Shown here one piece after another: positions 36,792 through 50,010 of a DNA stretch of 64,000 bases (positions are counted from its first letter, which is position 1; each line of letters begins with the position of its first letter). Position numbers and translations under genes: made by a program. Location: NCBI RefSeq assembly GCF_018977255.1, contig NW_024704743.1, positions 34,660,001 to 34,724,000 on the forward strand, given 5' to 3'. This DNA is from Callorhinchus milii. Taxonomy: Eukaryota. The notes under the pieces are model-generated. The model did no database searches. It had not been told where the DNA came from and saw nothing but the letters and a program-made list of their open reading frames with translations.

Positions 36792-38536
36792 AATAAACAG
36801 TCTCATTTCCAGTTTTCCTTAACAGGGTTCCTGAATTAAGAGAGCCTGTTGTAACTTCCATCAAGTTATGGGGACTCTAATTGAGAAGTAGATGATGGTT
36901 GGGTCACACCGGTCAGCGTGATGTACCTCCGTATATCTGTAATAATAATAATCCTTGCATTTGGTAAAGCATCTTATGATGTCATCGAGATGTCTCAAAA
37001 CGCTTCACAGAATATACTGTAAAGTGGTTTGGACTGTGTATTTTGTGGGTGAAACACCAACAGGGGATTCAGCTCCGAACTTTAGTAAAGATTTGTATAG
37101 TTTGTATTCTTTATTAAGGAATCCCTTAAGAAATGCAAAAAAAAGCAGTTCCCATGGAATAATATCAGGGAACAGAAAAAAAACACTGCCAAGAGAAGAA
37201 ACCTATTGCTGCTTCCAACACTTTCCAGCCAAATCCCAGATTCCTGGATACCCAGGGAATGGGGATGTGAGTGGAGGCATACATTAGAGGTACCTTTTTT
37301 GGTCTTATCTGTGTTCTTTAGCTCTGAGCTTTGCTCATGATTTAATCCAGAAATGGAGAGAAGTCATGAGGAGCCATTTCCTCTGCTGGACGGATATGAC
37401 TTCTGATTTGCTGCACTGTGGAAAGCTGGCCGTCAAGAGTAGGGCAATACAAGCAAAGCAAATCAAATCAAATCGGTCATTTAAAAGAAGTTACTCACAT
37501 CAAAAGAGAATCTGTTATTTATTAAGAAAGAAAAGATGTTAGGGAAGACACATTTTATTTTTCTGTGTTAACATAATTTGAGATATAAGCTCCGGTTCCA
37601 GCATTATGAGCAACCACAGCTTCACTCAGGAATATAAAGCCTTTGTAAAGAATGACACAGACAGTGCTGCAGACAGTGAGAGGAGCTGGCAGGCATTCCT
37701 GATTCAAACCGCATTGGAGCCTTTCCAGCACACATGCAGAATCTGCTGGCACACACAAGGCAATAAATATTGGGTGGCAAAAGGGACAGAGAGCACAAAA
37801 ACAAAAAGTCAAGCAATTTCTTTTCAAAGGAGGATCAATTTTGTTTAGCATTTGGAGATTAAATATGGAGATTCATTTCTCTGCTGTCACGCAGCACTTC
37901 TGTGTTGAAGAAAAGTTGGGGACAGATAAGGAACAAAGTGACAGAGATTTACTTCATAGGCGCAAAAACCTGCCTAATGTGAAACACCTCACTTTTTATG
38001 CAGTAACTTTATTGATTTACAATGAAGTCACTTATATAGCACCTTTCACATGGGATGATATCTCAAATTGTTTAATGAATGTGTGTAGCAAGTACCAAAT
38101 AGATAGAACTAAAAATGTCAAAGAGATACTTTTTTTGGATGATTTTGGAGGCACAGTAGCAAGGCAAAGTGACTTTGGATGAGAATTTCATAGAACAGGG
38201 ACATAATGGCTGAAGGGATAAAAATAATAATAGTAAACGGAATCTTTACATTTGGTATCATGCCTTCCACGTTAGGATATCCCAAAGCGCTTCACAGGAT
38301 GTATTGTAAAGTGGAGTGGCTGTGTGTTTTGTGGGCAATGAGGCAGCCAGTTTGCACACAGCAAATGTCTTACAAACAGCCATGAAGTGAGTGACCAATT
38401 TTATTTGTGGGATTACACGTGGGAGAATCTCCCTTCTCTTTTTGGATTGTGCCATGGGATCTTCAAGGTTGAACACGCCTTGATTTAACATTTCATCCAA
38501 GGACAGTACCTCCAACAATGCAGCATAACCCCACTA

Positions 38537-39028
38537 CAACAACAACAACAACAAGATTCCATTTATAAAGCGCCTTTCACGTCAGGAGGACGTCCCAAGG
38601 CGCTGCACAGTTGGGTCATGACCCGAGCAGGGGGGAAATGGTCAGGGTGAGGGGAGGGAAGGGAGGGAGCGAGGAGGGGGGAAATGGTCAGGGTGAGGGG
38701 AGGGAAGGGAGGGAGCGAGGAGCGGGGAAATGGTCAGGGTGAGGGGAGGGAAGGGAGGGAGCGAGGAGGGGGAAGAGAGTCGAGAGGGGAGCTGAAGGCA
38801 CGGTCAAAGAGAAAGGTTTTGAGACCGGCCTTGAAGGAGGAAAGGGAGGAAGCAAGGCGAAGGCACTGGGGATGGAGTTCCAGAGCCTGTGGGCTGAGAG
38901 GCTGAAGGCCCGACCACCGATGGTAGGGCGGTTGGGGCGGGGGACGTGGAGCAGACCGGAGCCAGAGGAACGGAGGGTACGGGCAGGTAGGTAGGGGGAT
39001 AGTAGGTTGGAGAGGTAGGAGGGAGCAA
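38537..39028 (-). mobile_element. L2 family A 3' fragment inserted into a Deu-domain SINE
   Basis: Reverse complement of the family A 3' end with (CAA)n tail; CACTA repeated on both sides. Confidence 0.92.
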
Positions 39029-39139
39029 TATGACACTATATTGGAGTGTCAGCTTAGAGAGTCTGTATGAGTTCCAATGTGGGCTTGAACCACATAACCT
39101 TCTGATTCAGAGTGAGAGTGCTACCACTGAGCCAGGTTA

Positions 39140-39560
39140 AGCCAATGCATGGTAGCAGTGAGGAATGAGCAATAGACCTAAATTAGAGAGCAGAAGGAAT
39201 TGGGCAAGATAATAGAGTTGGAGGGGTTTGAATACTATGGAGCAATAGGTGGAAAGAAATTCAAAGATCAAAACAAGGATATTAAAGTGGATCAGCTTGG
39301 AACCAGTGAAACCTGAAATAATGGACATATAGAGAATTCGGGCTGCAGAACACTAGATGTGTTGGAGTTTCCGATGGATGCAGGGAGTCTGATGAGGAAA
39401 ATGTTGGAGAATACTTGTTTCAAGGTTACAAAGGCATAAATGAGAATTTCAGAAATAATGGAAGGGAGGTACAGGCAGAGATGAAAATGGGAGGTATTAT
39501 CAATGGACTAGATGTGGATTTTGAAGAATAGCTGATGGTCACTCAGACCTCAAAATTATT
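39140..39560 (-). mobile_element. Highly decayed L2 ORF2 fragment
   Basis: Reverse strand IHFNILVLIF and CACTGGTTCC segments resemble the L2 LHWLP..IxFKIL region. Confidence 0.55.
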
Positions 39561-41206
39561 ACAAAGTCACAGATAAGATGATGCTTTTCAAAATTGAATG
39601 GCATGGCTTACATTTTGTTAATGTTTAAATGAAAGAAGTTAATGCTCTTTCTAGAACATGGTATCTAACAGGCAGTCTGTCACAACAACAAAAACATCTT
39701 GCATTTATAGTGACCTTCATGTGGGATAATGACTTGGAGCTCTTCACGGGCATGGGGTTGGACACCGAGCAAGGGAAAGGGGTGAGGCAGGAAGGGAGGT
39801 GGCCATAGATGCGTTCAGAGAGGTAGTATTTGACCACAATGATTTTCTGCAATTAAAGATAGAAGCAAGATGTCAGCTGGCCATAGCACTTGCTCCTAAA
39901 TTTAATTCTCCTCTCAAATCTAAGGTTTTGCCTATATTTTACAAATCACTGTCCTCTCGTACTGGGCTGAGCAAGTGTAAAGAACCATCTAGTCATTCTC
40001 ATCTCTCCTCAAAGGTAGCAAAACTCAATACGTCAATCTTTACAGACCACAAACTTTTCACCTCTAGCCATGGAGGTCATTTGTAAGATTCACAAAAGGA
40101 TTCACAAAAAGCGAAGTATGTTAGTACCTAGATGTGTGTCAGGTCAACCTTCTGGAACACAGTTCAAAAGCTGATCTCAGTTTTGACTCCATGAAGAATT
40201 AACTCTTTGGAAAGAAGGCTTCTGATGGACTTGTGCTCTGTAGGAAGTCAGCAGAGACTGGTGTATGAGTGGCTTCCAGGTGGTTTACTTGACACATTTA
40301 AGTACCTGTAGTATTTGCTGTTTACAAATCAATTTGTGAATATGGCGATGAGTTCCTCCAATGATTAAGAACTCACCATGTAGCAACTAACCACAATTCA
40401 AACATAGTGAATATGTGTTGTTATTAAGATAAGGATTTTTTTCTGATAAATGTTTTTTGACACCTCAGTAATGATAGAAAAAACACAGATCGGAGGAGCC
40501 CAAGTAAATGTGCAGGTTCCAGTGCAAGACCAAACCACTGTGGAAAAATGTATCTACGAAACTTACTGTAGTTGTGCTGGGTGCATCAATTATTGTGTGA
40601 AAAAATAAATATTTTATTGCATATTTTGTGCTTTAATCTAATTATGTAGTTGGTCCTCAAATGCTGCAAAGTAAAACACTCATTGTAGTACAATTGAGAT
40701 TGGAAAAACAGAAAATATTCTCTGCAGGTCAAGTGGGAGTAGACAAATCGCTTAAACCTCAGAAGGTTAAATGCATCTTTCAGTGTTCCAAGGTTTCCAG
40801 TACTCACCACTAACACAAATGCTTCATACAGATTATATAGTACCTGCTTCAGACGTGGGCGTACAGCGAGTTGGAATCCAAGGCAGATGGTTTGATTGAA
40901 GGGTACTGACCCACTTGTTTTCAATTGCAGATTTCTGTCTACCTAATGATATATGACACATGCTTTGATGTTCAAGGTAACGTGCCACTTATAATAATTT
41001 AATACTTTTTTAAAGTGCATTTATATATTGTCTCTTTCCTCATGTCTAGTCATGTAGTAGGAGGTGGGTGGGAGCAGGGAACACAAATTATTATGATAAC
41101 AGGCTTTTGAAACTGCAAATAAAAAGTCTTGTTGAAATTACAGCGGAAAGTACCCTAGATTGTCGGTATAGTTAACAATGTTTAAAATGATCAGTATCAA
41201 TTTATT

Positions 41207-41775
41207 TTTTGGGTCAGCCAGTGTCTGACACACGCAGAAACCCATCACCATGTTTAATGGTATCCAAACCAAGTTGAGATTTTCATGCATCCCACCTACC
41301 ATGGAAATCCCAGAGATAGATTGTTGAATTGGAATGTACCCTCTCCCTGGAGGGACATATCCTGCTTACCTAATTCCGGAAAGTATTAAGTGCAGGTTGG
41401 CAGGGACCCCAAAGTGTGCGTTGTGGTACTGCTGGAGTCTAAGCAGCTAAAATTGTATAGCTTGCCATTGATATTGCTATCCGGCAAGCTTACCCTCTTC
41501 TTGTCCAGCTCTGTCCCTTAGGGCTTTGGCTTGCAGGGTTAATAGGAGTTGAGTGGGAGGACTCTCTACCCCCAGTGACTGATCGGACCTTCCAGGTCCT
41601 GCCAATGAGCCAGGCTGGCTGTGCTGTCATCAGCAGTGCCCTGGAAGACTGTAGCCGCATTGGTTCAGATATTGGACTACCGAGACTGCCACAGAGGGCT
41701 GGGTCGCTTCCTACATTCCATTGCCAGGCATGTCACCTTGGGGCCAGTTCAGCTTGAAGGAGACCCCGCTTCAGT
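41207..41775 (-). repeat. Unclassified interspersed repeat (other copies ~14690-14870 +, 51587-51830 +, 61490-61650 -, fragment ~48230-48270)
   Basis: Shared GGTTTGGATRCTCTTAA...TTTCYRCA.GTGTC.GACAC...GCTGACC followed by an A-run at four loci. Confidence 0.75.
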
Positions 41776-41809
41776 ATCATGGAGAACCACCTGAGGGTGT
41801 GGACTACTC

Positions 41810-42030
41810 AGAATAATAGAATGCTGCAAGATAAAAACAGGTCCTTCCACCCATTAAGCTTTTCTCCATATGACCCACATGATTCACCCTCATTCTCCCA
41901 CTCGCTCCCACTATCCTTTAATGTTCTCATTTTCAAGCATCTAATTCCCTGTTAAAATAATTCATAAACTCTGCTTCAACAACAATTTGTGGCAGTGGAT
42001 TCCACATTCCAACCACCCTCTGTGTAAAGG
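41810..42030 (-). mobile_element. Old CR1 3' remnant
   Basis: Reverse strand reads TTTACACAGAGGGTGGTTGGAATGTGGAAT (FTQRVVGMWN), followed by a CR1-like 3' UTR. Confidence 0.6.
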
Positions 42031-42319
42031 GATAAAACTCTTGGTACAATTGATGTTTGGAACCATCTGCAGAGGTTGGAGGATCTGCCTTGCCCTGCAC
42101 AAGCCAAAATCATAGCTTCATCAGTCCATGACCCAGAAATTGCTCAAAGCTTTTGGCAACTTGCCCCAATCATCATCAATGTTTGAATAAATTGGACCGG
42201 ACACTGGACACATAGTAGTAATTCATTGTCATGAATGAAAAGGGAAAAGACAGCGGTGTTCTATTGAAGAGGTGTCACATTGCTGTCTATAGTGAGACTG
42301 TGCTTTCATTTTATTCTGT

Positions 42320-42681
42320 GGAGTCCTGTAGCTCAGTGATTAGAGCAAACACCTCACAAGCTAGAGACCTGATTTAGATTCCCGGCAGGGCGAAACGTTG
42401 GGCAAGTTTCCTTACTCCACACGCCTGTTTACCTAGCAGTAAGTAGGAGCTTGGTTGTTAGTTAATTGGTGGATCTCTTTTCTGGGGTTAATAATGCCTT
42501 CAAAAAAAATTGGTCACTCAATCCAGGACTGTTTGTGGGATACTGCTGTGTGCAATTGTCTGCCGCATTTCGCCCACAAAGTATACGTCAACTCACTTTA
42601 TAGTATATTCTGTGAAGCGCTTTGAGACATCTCAAAGACGTGATAAGGCACTATATCAAATGCAAGGATTATTATTATTAT
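42320..42681 (+). mobile_element. Full-length tRNA-derived SINE
   Basis: A/B-box head, central GGGCAAGTTTCCTTACTCCACACGCC...TTTACCTAGCAGTAAGTAGG domain, (TTA)n tail. Confidence 0.92.
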
Positions 42682-42692
42682 TTGTACACTCA

Positions 42693-42851
42693 TTCTGGGC
42701 CCGAAATTTCTCCTAGTCTTACTCTTAAAATTTAAGATTGTGCAGAATTTTTGGAAAATTCTTAAATTGAGGCTTAATTTAGAAGGCAGATGTTAAAAGG
42801 GACTGCGGAAAACTGGCTAAGGCTAAGTCGGGAAAATTTCAGGTCTCAGAA
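42693..42851. mobile_element. MITE-like element with imperfect terminal inverted repeats
   Basis: Left arm TTCTGGGCCCGAAATTT versus reverse complement of right arm TTCTGAGACCTGAAATTT; related sequence at ~51148-51262. Confidence 0.5.
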
Positions 42852-45800
42852 GTATGTAAAATCTAACACATTCTCTACATTTTCAACCTTTGGGGATCAT
42901 GTGCAATCCTCTGCACTTGTGTTATATATTTAGTTTATAACAGACAAAATGTGAATAGAATATCAAGTTCCAGGTTTCAAAATGATGAATATTATATTTC
43001 TATGCATGTTTGATGGGGCATTGTACGGTATCTGCATGGAGCTAATTTGATTCCATGTATAAATCCTAACCTCATTCATTGGTGTCTGCTGCTCTCCTCC
43101 CCACCAGCACGATGTTTGAAAGTAAAGTTGCTCTCGTTGCTGGAAGGGTCATAAATGAAGTGTGCCTAGTCATGGACAGCTCAGTTCTCCCGTGTGGACG
43201 AGCCCAAAGTACAAAGTATGCACAATGTGGCACTAATTGGATTTGGCACAGAATTGTCAGTCTTACTCATACACTCAGTGAGGACGGGGGAGGTGGGTGG
43301 GGGGTAGAAGGAGCAGACAAATCACATCGGAACAGTGGGAACTTCTCTTCTCAAGACTGGGGTAAATAATAATAATAATCCTTGTATTTTGATATAGCGC
43401 CTTATCATGGCTTCGAGCCATCTCAAACCGCTTCACAGAATACACTGTAAAGTGAATTGACTGTCAAACCAGTCAAAGTTAAGCCAGTTTTGATAAAGTC
43501 TACAGTAAATTTTACTCCGCACCTAATTCATTCATGGCTGCACCACGGGTAGCATGATTTGAAAAAATAATTTGGTTGGCCGACCAAAAAGGTTGGCCAC
43601 CACTGGTCTAGGCTGACACTGCAATACATTGCTGGGGTGTAGGGGCAGATATTCTGGTTATTGAAATTAACCACTCCCCACGATAATTGGATAAAATTAT
43701 GTTTTTAGCTCCCTGGGGGCAAGTGTGTTCTCTTCTATTAAAAACACTGCATTTTCAGAATGTGGAAAGCTGTGTTAATAGCACTGAAAGTGCCTTTTAT
43801 ACCTAAATTGTCACTGATGCCAACAGTGATTTGTCTGCTTTGTATACTTTGTATAAGATCTGCTGTAATGTTCCAAACATATATTCCTACTGAACAAATC
43901 ACAGTTTCAGTGTCAGTCAGAACAAAATTAAAATAGTAATAATGTGCAAACTTGCCTTGCACTGTTAGAAATGCTGCAGTAACAAAGGTCAGGTTAACCA
44001 ATTGCCACTGTATAAACAAAGCAGAGCAGGAGGCAAGTTTCACATTGTATACTATAGTTGCTTAGATAAGCACAAACACTAATGATCCATTATTCTGATA
44101 AAGCACAGATTTTAAGACTTTATTTAGGAAGTGCTCATAGGTCATGTCACAAGCTACTGTCTGTTTGCACATTTCTGTTTACCGCAAAATGAAATGTTCA
44201 TCAGCAGTGGAAACTGCTGGGCTGCTGGCAAGTATGAGCCTCTGGTGCAACTGGTTCTGAATCTACAAAGCAAGAGATTGTTCAAACGAATGACACAAAG
44301 GATCTGATTGGCGGAGTATCATTCGGCAAGGAGCACACATTCAGCCAATTTGACAAGTTTTAATTGCCCTGATGTTAACCACAAAGTAAAATATTCATCA
44401 GCTGCAGGGATTATGTATGTGAGTGTGTGTCCTGGTGTTAATGTAAAGAGAAAAAAATTGCTCGAAATCTGAAGTAAGAACAGAAAATGTTGGTGATGAA
44501 CTAGCAGTCAAAAAGCATTGAACACGTAGGTTAGTTTTATGGATTCAGTCCTTCAATCCTACCTAAAATGTTAACCTATCTTTCTCCTTCAGATACAGTG
44601 CATTTCTCATTCTCATCTTCTGAAGCTTCAGTGAACTATCCTTAGAGTAAATCCACAAGAATTCTCTCCCTTGAGAGAGGAGAGAGAGAGAGAGAGAGAG
44701 AGAAAAGCTCCTAGAGTCCAGGATTTTTCTCATTCTTTATGGTCCCATGTATTTGGATTTCATCCAACTCTGTAGACCAAGGATTGAATGAAATCAATAG
44801 CACATTTTGAGGCAGGTAGGGTGAGAAAATGAAAAATAAATTGAAGCAATTTCTGATTTATTATTTTCCGCACAATTTTCAATGTTTTATAGGCACTATT
44901 AGTGAGGAGCTGTTGCGCTGTATTCATTTCATTACTTCAGGCCAAGCTTTATTACCTTGTATTTTAAAATAATTTATATGCTGGTGTTTTACAGGACACT
45001 TGCAATATTTTATAGTGCCTTACATCAGAACATCTCAAAGTGCCTTGCAAATATTAAATATCAAGAATAATGACTTCTTTTTCTCAGCAAATGCAGCAGC
45101 TATTTCTGCCAGTAAATTCCTATAAACAGCCATGAGGTTAATGCCCAATTAATCTGGAAGATTGTTGGCCAGGAACCTGATGTTCACAATAATTTGATAA
45201 GATGTCAATGATAATTTGATATAGTGGTCATGTCAGGATGACATTACAAAATGTTTTGCTGGATTGATTATGAAGTCTAGTGACTGAGTATTGTGCTGGT
45301 GAATATGGCAGCCGATTTGCACACAGTAAACAGCCATGACCAATTTGATCTGGGGAATTATTGACCAGGACATCCAGTAGAAATTTCCTTTTCTTTTCAA
45401 ATAGTGCCATGGGATCTTTAATGTCCACCTGGACTGGCAGACCAGACCTCAGTTTAATGTTTCATCCGAGGGACAGCACCTTCAGCAATGCAGCGCTCCC
45501 CCAGCATGGTATTGGAGTGTCAGCCTAGACGATGAGTTCAAAGTCCGGATTTGGAAACTAAGGCAGTTTTGGTTTAATTGAAAGATTGCACACTAACAGA
45601 TCATATCTGAGCCAAGCTCCCCAAGTACTATACTGGAATGCCAGTCTATAGATGATGAACTCAAGTACCAGTATGAGCTTGCCTCACGTGCAGTTTTTAA
45701 TGTTACAGTAAGCCAGATGTATATGCGGAGGAAGGGAGAATTGTACTGTGTATTATATCATCAAGTGACCTATATCCAATGTACTAAACATGCAACATTC

Positions 45801-46780
45801 CTGAATATGATCTTTGTGTTAGTGTGGCCCAGTTGGTATTTGTTCTGGGTTAAAAGATTATAGGTTGGAGACTTAAGCATTTACAGGCTGATGCTCCAGT
45901 GCTGTACTCATGACAAAATTAATATTGATTCAAGCTTGGCGATTTTATTTGGATTCAGGCATTAATTGTCACTGTATTACAACCAAAGGCTGTCTGGCTG
46001 CCTCTTGTACATTTTTGTCGACTTTACACTAATCTCTACAAAGAAGATGTTCCGGGTATTACAAGGTAAGCTGTAGTGTGAAAACATTTGTGTCCAAGAC
46101 CCTTTGGTGTCAAAAGAGGTAAAATAGTTTATTTCCTGTGCTAAGCAGTGAAATGATTTAGCTGTGAGTTAGCCTCCACATGGAAATCCGATATGTAAAC
46201 TTGGAGTGAATTGCCACTGCCTCTACCCTTGAGGAAGCAATTAGGAGGAAAGGGGAATGCAGCAGGGAGTCATTGGTGTAAAACCATGTCCTGGTGAGGA
46301 TCAGTAAAAAGACCAAACAGAGGTAAAGCTATATAAGCTTAAAGCAACAGCTCTCCTTGTCCACTGATGCTGAAGACTGAAGCTCCCTCCATGAATCTTA
46401 CAGAATTGATAGTGTGTTTATAGAATAACCTTCCTCAGAGCCCTTTTCTTCACTGCTATGAGCATGCTTTGCTAGAAAGCTCTTGGATATTACAAGACAC
46501 CTTCATTACTAATACTGTCTTAGAGAAATCAGATAGGGAGAGAAGAACACCTGCTTGGACAAGCATTCAGTAAAACCTAAAGCTCAGGGTGGTAAAATGA
46601 AGTAATGTTTTCCCCTATCGGGGAAATCTGTGGAGCAGAGACTGAGATAACATAATTATTGATAAGATTTCTAGGGATATTAATAGACAGAGGACATGAT
46701 GGTCAGCACTGTTAGGGTGAGCGAGATGGGTGTACATTCTGCAGTTCCCCTTTATTACCTTTAGGGGTTTAGGGGTTTAG

Positions 46781-47018
46781 CCAGTGCCTTCGGCGCCTCC
46801 TCCCTTTCCTCCTTCAAGGCCGGTCTCAAGACCTTTCTCTTTGACCGTGCCTTCAGCTCCCCTTTCGACTCTCTAGCCCCTCCTCGCTCCCTCCCTTCCC
46901 TCCCCTTACTCCGACCATTTCCCCCCTGCTCGGGTCCTGATCCAACTGTACAGCGCCTTGGGACGTCCTCCCGACGTGAAAGGCGCTCAATAAATGGAAT
47001 CTTGTTGTTGTTGTTGTT
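46781..47018 (+). mobile_element. L2 family A short 3' fragment
   Basis: Matches the 3' end of the other copies; (TTG)n tail. Confidence 0.92.
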
Positions 47019-48593
47019 AAGGAGAGGATTGTAAGAACTTTCCAGACATCAAGCGAGTGTATTAGGCAAGCTGGAGGGAGAAGTCCACAATTTGGCGCTT
47101 ATGAGAGGAATGTGGTTGATGGGCTGAACAGCCTTTATACATTCCAAACTGTCTGATGTTCGTAAAATAATGGCTGCACTGAATGTGTTTATGCTCACCA
47201 CCAAATCCCCAAATAATAATAAGTTGCAATTTATACAAGGCCTTGCTTGTAAAATCAATACCGCGAAGCGCTTTATGAAATACTACATAACTGATTATAA
47301 ATAAAAGTTAACGTTATATAAGAAAATGAGGCAGCTAATCTGTGCCAACAACATTCTATAAACGTCAGGGAGAAGTGAGATGAATAGCCAATTAATGTGA
47401 AATTGAGGTAAACGTAGATTAGGGGAGGAATATGAAAAACATTAACTGGGAGAAAGACTGTGCTTATTTGAAATAACAACAGCAAAGTGTTCCCTTTACA
47501 TCCACCTGAATCACAAAGCAGGAAGAATGTAAATTGATCATGCAATGATGATGATGACGATGGGATGATGAACCTGGAAATAAATAATGAAACTGTATAC
47601 GATAGAATGTGGTTGATAGAATGTAGTTATATAGGCCAACCTAGCAACTAATCCATGCCAGCAACGTCCCACAAACTAAAGTGAAATTAAAATTGAGGAA
47701 GAAGATGTTAACGAAAGGTGAAGACGTGTGGTGCAATTAAAATCTGCACTTGTTTTCCCCTGCTCCTCCAGCTTGGGCTCCCAATCAGCTGTGTGAAAGT
47801 CCTCCCAACATGAAAGACCCTATATAAATATAAATTATTGTTCTTGTGATTAACGATCACATTGTGAACCTCTCTGCCCACACATATGTATATATATATA
47901 TACTCATAACATTGATCTTAGGTTTCTTTTGAAAATTATTTGTCCTTATATTTGTACATGTTGGTATTGCCCCCATCAAAACCACACCATTTCTATGTAG
48001 CGGTTCATTAATCACTACACAGATAGTTTGCATTAATGCCACAAATAATCCTTGCAGTTGATATAACATCTGCAGCATTTAAAAGCTAATTTGCAAGTGA
48101 TCGTTGTCAAGTGTAGTGTCTGTGTCTTTGTACGTCTTATACAATCACTAAAAGTAGCATTTTTGCTGTGTCTGTACAATTGGGATTTCCACGGTCTTCT
48201 TCCAGCTGAGTTGATGATTAGAATTTAATGCTTACCTAATTCTGAAGTGTATTAAGTGCAGGTTGGCAAGTGGCACTATTCGAAAAGAGAAGGGAATTTT
48301 TCCCAGTGTCCTGCCCATCAATCCCCCATTTGAAATTGGTCATTCACTCCATGCCTGTGGGACATTCATGTGCACAAATTGGCCGCCATGATCACCCACA
48401 AAACACAGTCACTGAACTTTACAGTATATCCTGTGAAGTGCTTTGAAGTGACCTTGTGACCCGAAAGGCTCTATATCAAATGTAAGGATTATTATCATCC
48501 TCACGGTTCTCCTCTGTCTTTAGGGCCTGGGAAGCCTCCTCATGTTGGGGTATAAGGGTTGAAATTGAAATGATGGAAATGAATTGCAGTGTT

Positions 48594-48977
48594 AATAATA
48601 ATGATAATAATGATAATCATCCTTGCATTTGATATAGTACCTTTTCACATCGTTGAGACATCTAAAACAGCTTCACACAATATACTGTAAAGTATATTTT
48701 GTGGGCAAAACACGCCAGCCAAATGCACACAGCAGTGTCCCACAAACAGTCATGGGCTGAGTGACCCAAGTTATTATTACTTAAAAAAAATTGAAGGGAT
48801 TATTACCCCAGAAAGCCATCCGCCAATCGACTAATAACCAGGTTCCTGCATACTGCTAAGTAAACAGAGGATTATGGAGTAAGAAAATTTGTCTAAGGTT
48901 TCCACCTCACCAGAGAATCAAACCTAGGTTGTCTCGCTTACGAGGCAAGTACTCTACCCAATACACTACAGGACTCC
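48594..48977 (-). mobile_element. Full-length tRNA-derived SINE
   Basis: Same family, head to tail. Confidence 0.88.
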
Positions 48978-49424
48978 ATGATAAATACAATACACCTTAA
49001 TTACTTTATTACAGTCAATTCCAAGCACCTAGGTCAAACATAATTTTGTTAATTGGAGCCAGAATTGGGCTAAGTCACTTTTCATCACTTCTGTTGTAAT
49101 GTTAAACACAATATGCTGTTCTAAGGACTAAACATTTCCGCAAACAATTATTCAGGTATGTTTACTGTTCAGCACGTTCGGCAATGGCACATTTTGCCAT
49201 CAGACACCAGCACCTTTTCATATTCTCTTCACTTTTATTTGCTGTTTCCTGCATTCTGCTTGTGCAGAATCAATGATGAAACATGGTGCAAAGATCAAGG
49301 TTGTGTACCACATCTGCAGTGAATGTCAAAGATTAACTTTAACCATGTGAATAATAAATATGTATCAAACAGAATATGTTTATTTTGCTAGTTAGGAACT
49401 TTGCATTACGATTGCAAAGTTTTC

Positions 49425-50010
49425 ATATCATAGAATCATGCAGCATAGAATTATACAGCACAGAAGGAGGCTATTTGGTCCAGCTCTTTGAAAGAGCTAT
49501 CCAAAAGAATCCCACTCCCCCGCTCTCTCCCTATAGCCCTGCAAATTTGTCCTCCTAACTAATTATCTACTTCTCTTTTAAAAATTGTTATTGAATCAGC
49601 TTCTACCACCCTTTCAGGCAATGCATTCCAGATCCAAACAACTCGCTGTGAAAAAAATTCTCCTCACCTCCCCTCTGGTTATTTTGGCAACAATTTTAAA
49701 TCTGTGTCCTCGGATTACTGACCCACCTGCCAGTGGACACAGATTCTCCTTGTTCACCCTACCCTTCATAATTTTGAACACTTCTATTAAATCTCCCCTT
49801 AACCTTTTCTGATCCAAGGAGAATAATCCTAGCTTCTCTAGCCTCTCCTCATAACTGAAATCCCTTATTCCTGGTACCATCCTGATAAATCTCCTTTGCA
49901 CCCTCTCCAAGGCCTTGACATCTTCCCTAAAGTGTGGTGCCTGAACTGAACACAGTACTCTAGCTGAAGCCTAACCAGTGTTTTATAAAGGTTCATCATA
50001 ACCTCCTTAT
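49425..50010 (-). mobile_element. 5'-truncated CR1 3' fragment (second family)
   Basis: Minus-strand ERVQRRFIRMVPGIRDFSYEERLEKLGLFSLDQKRLRGDLIEVFKIMKG...RGHRFKI, with a TTCTATGA-type tail near 49425-49450. Confidence 0.88.

Noticed and set aside
46760..46780. Interstitial telomere
   Set aside because: Only ~2.5 units of TTTAGGGG, which is not the vertebrate TTAGGG.
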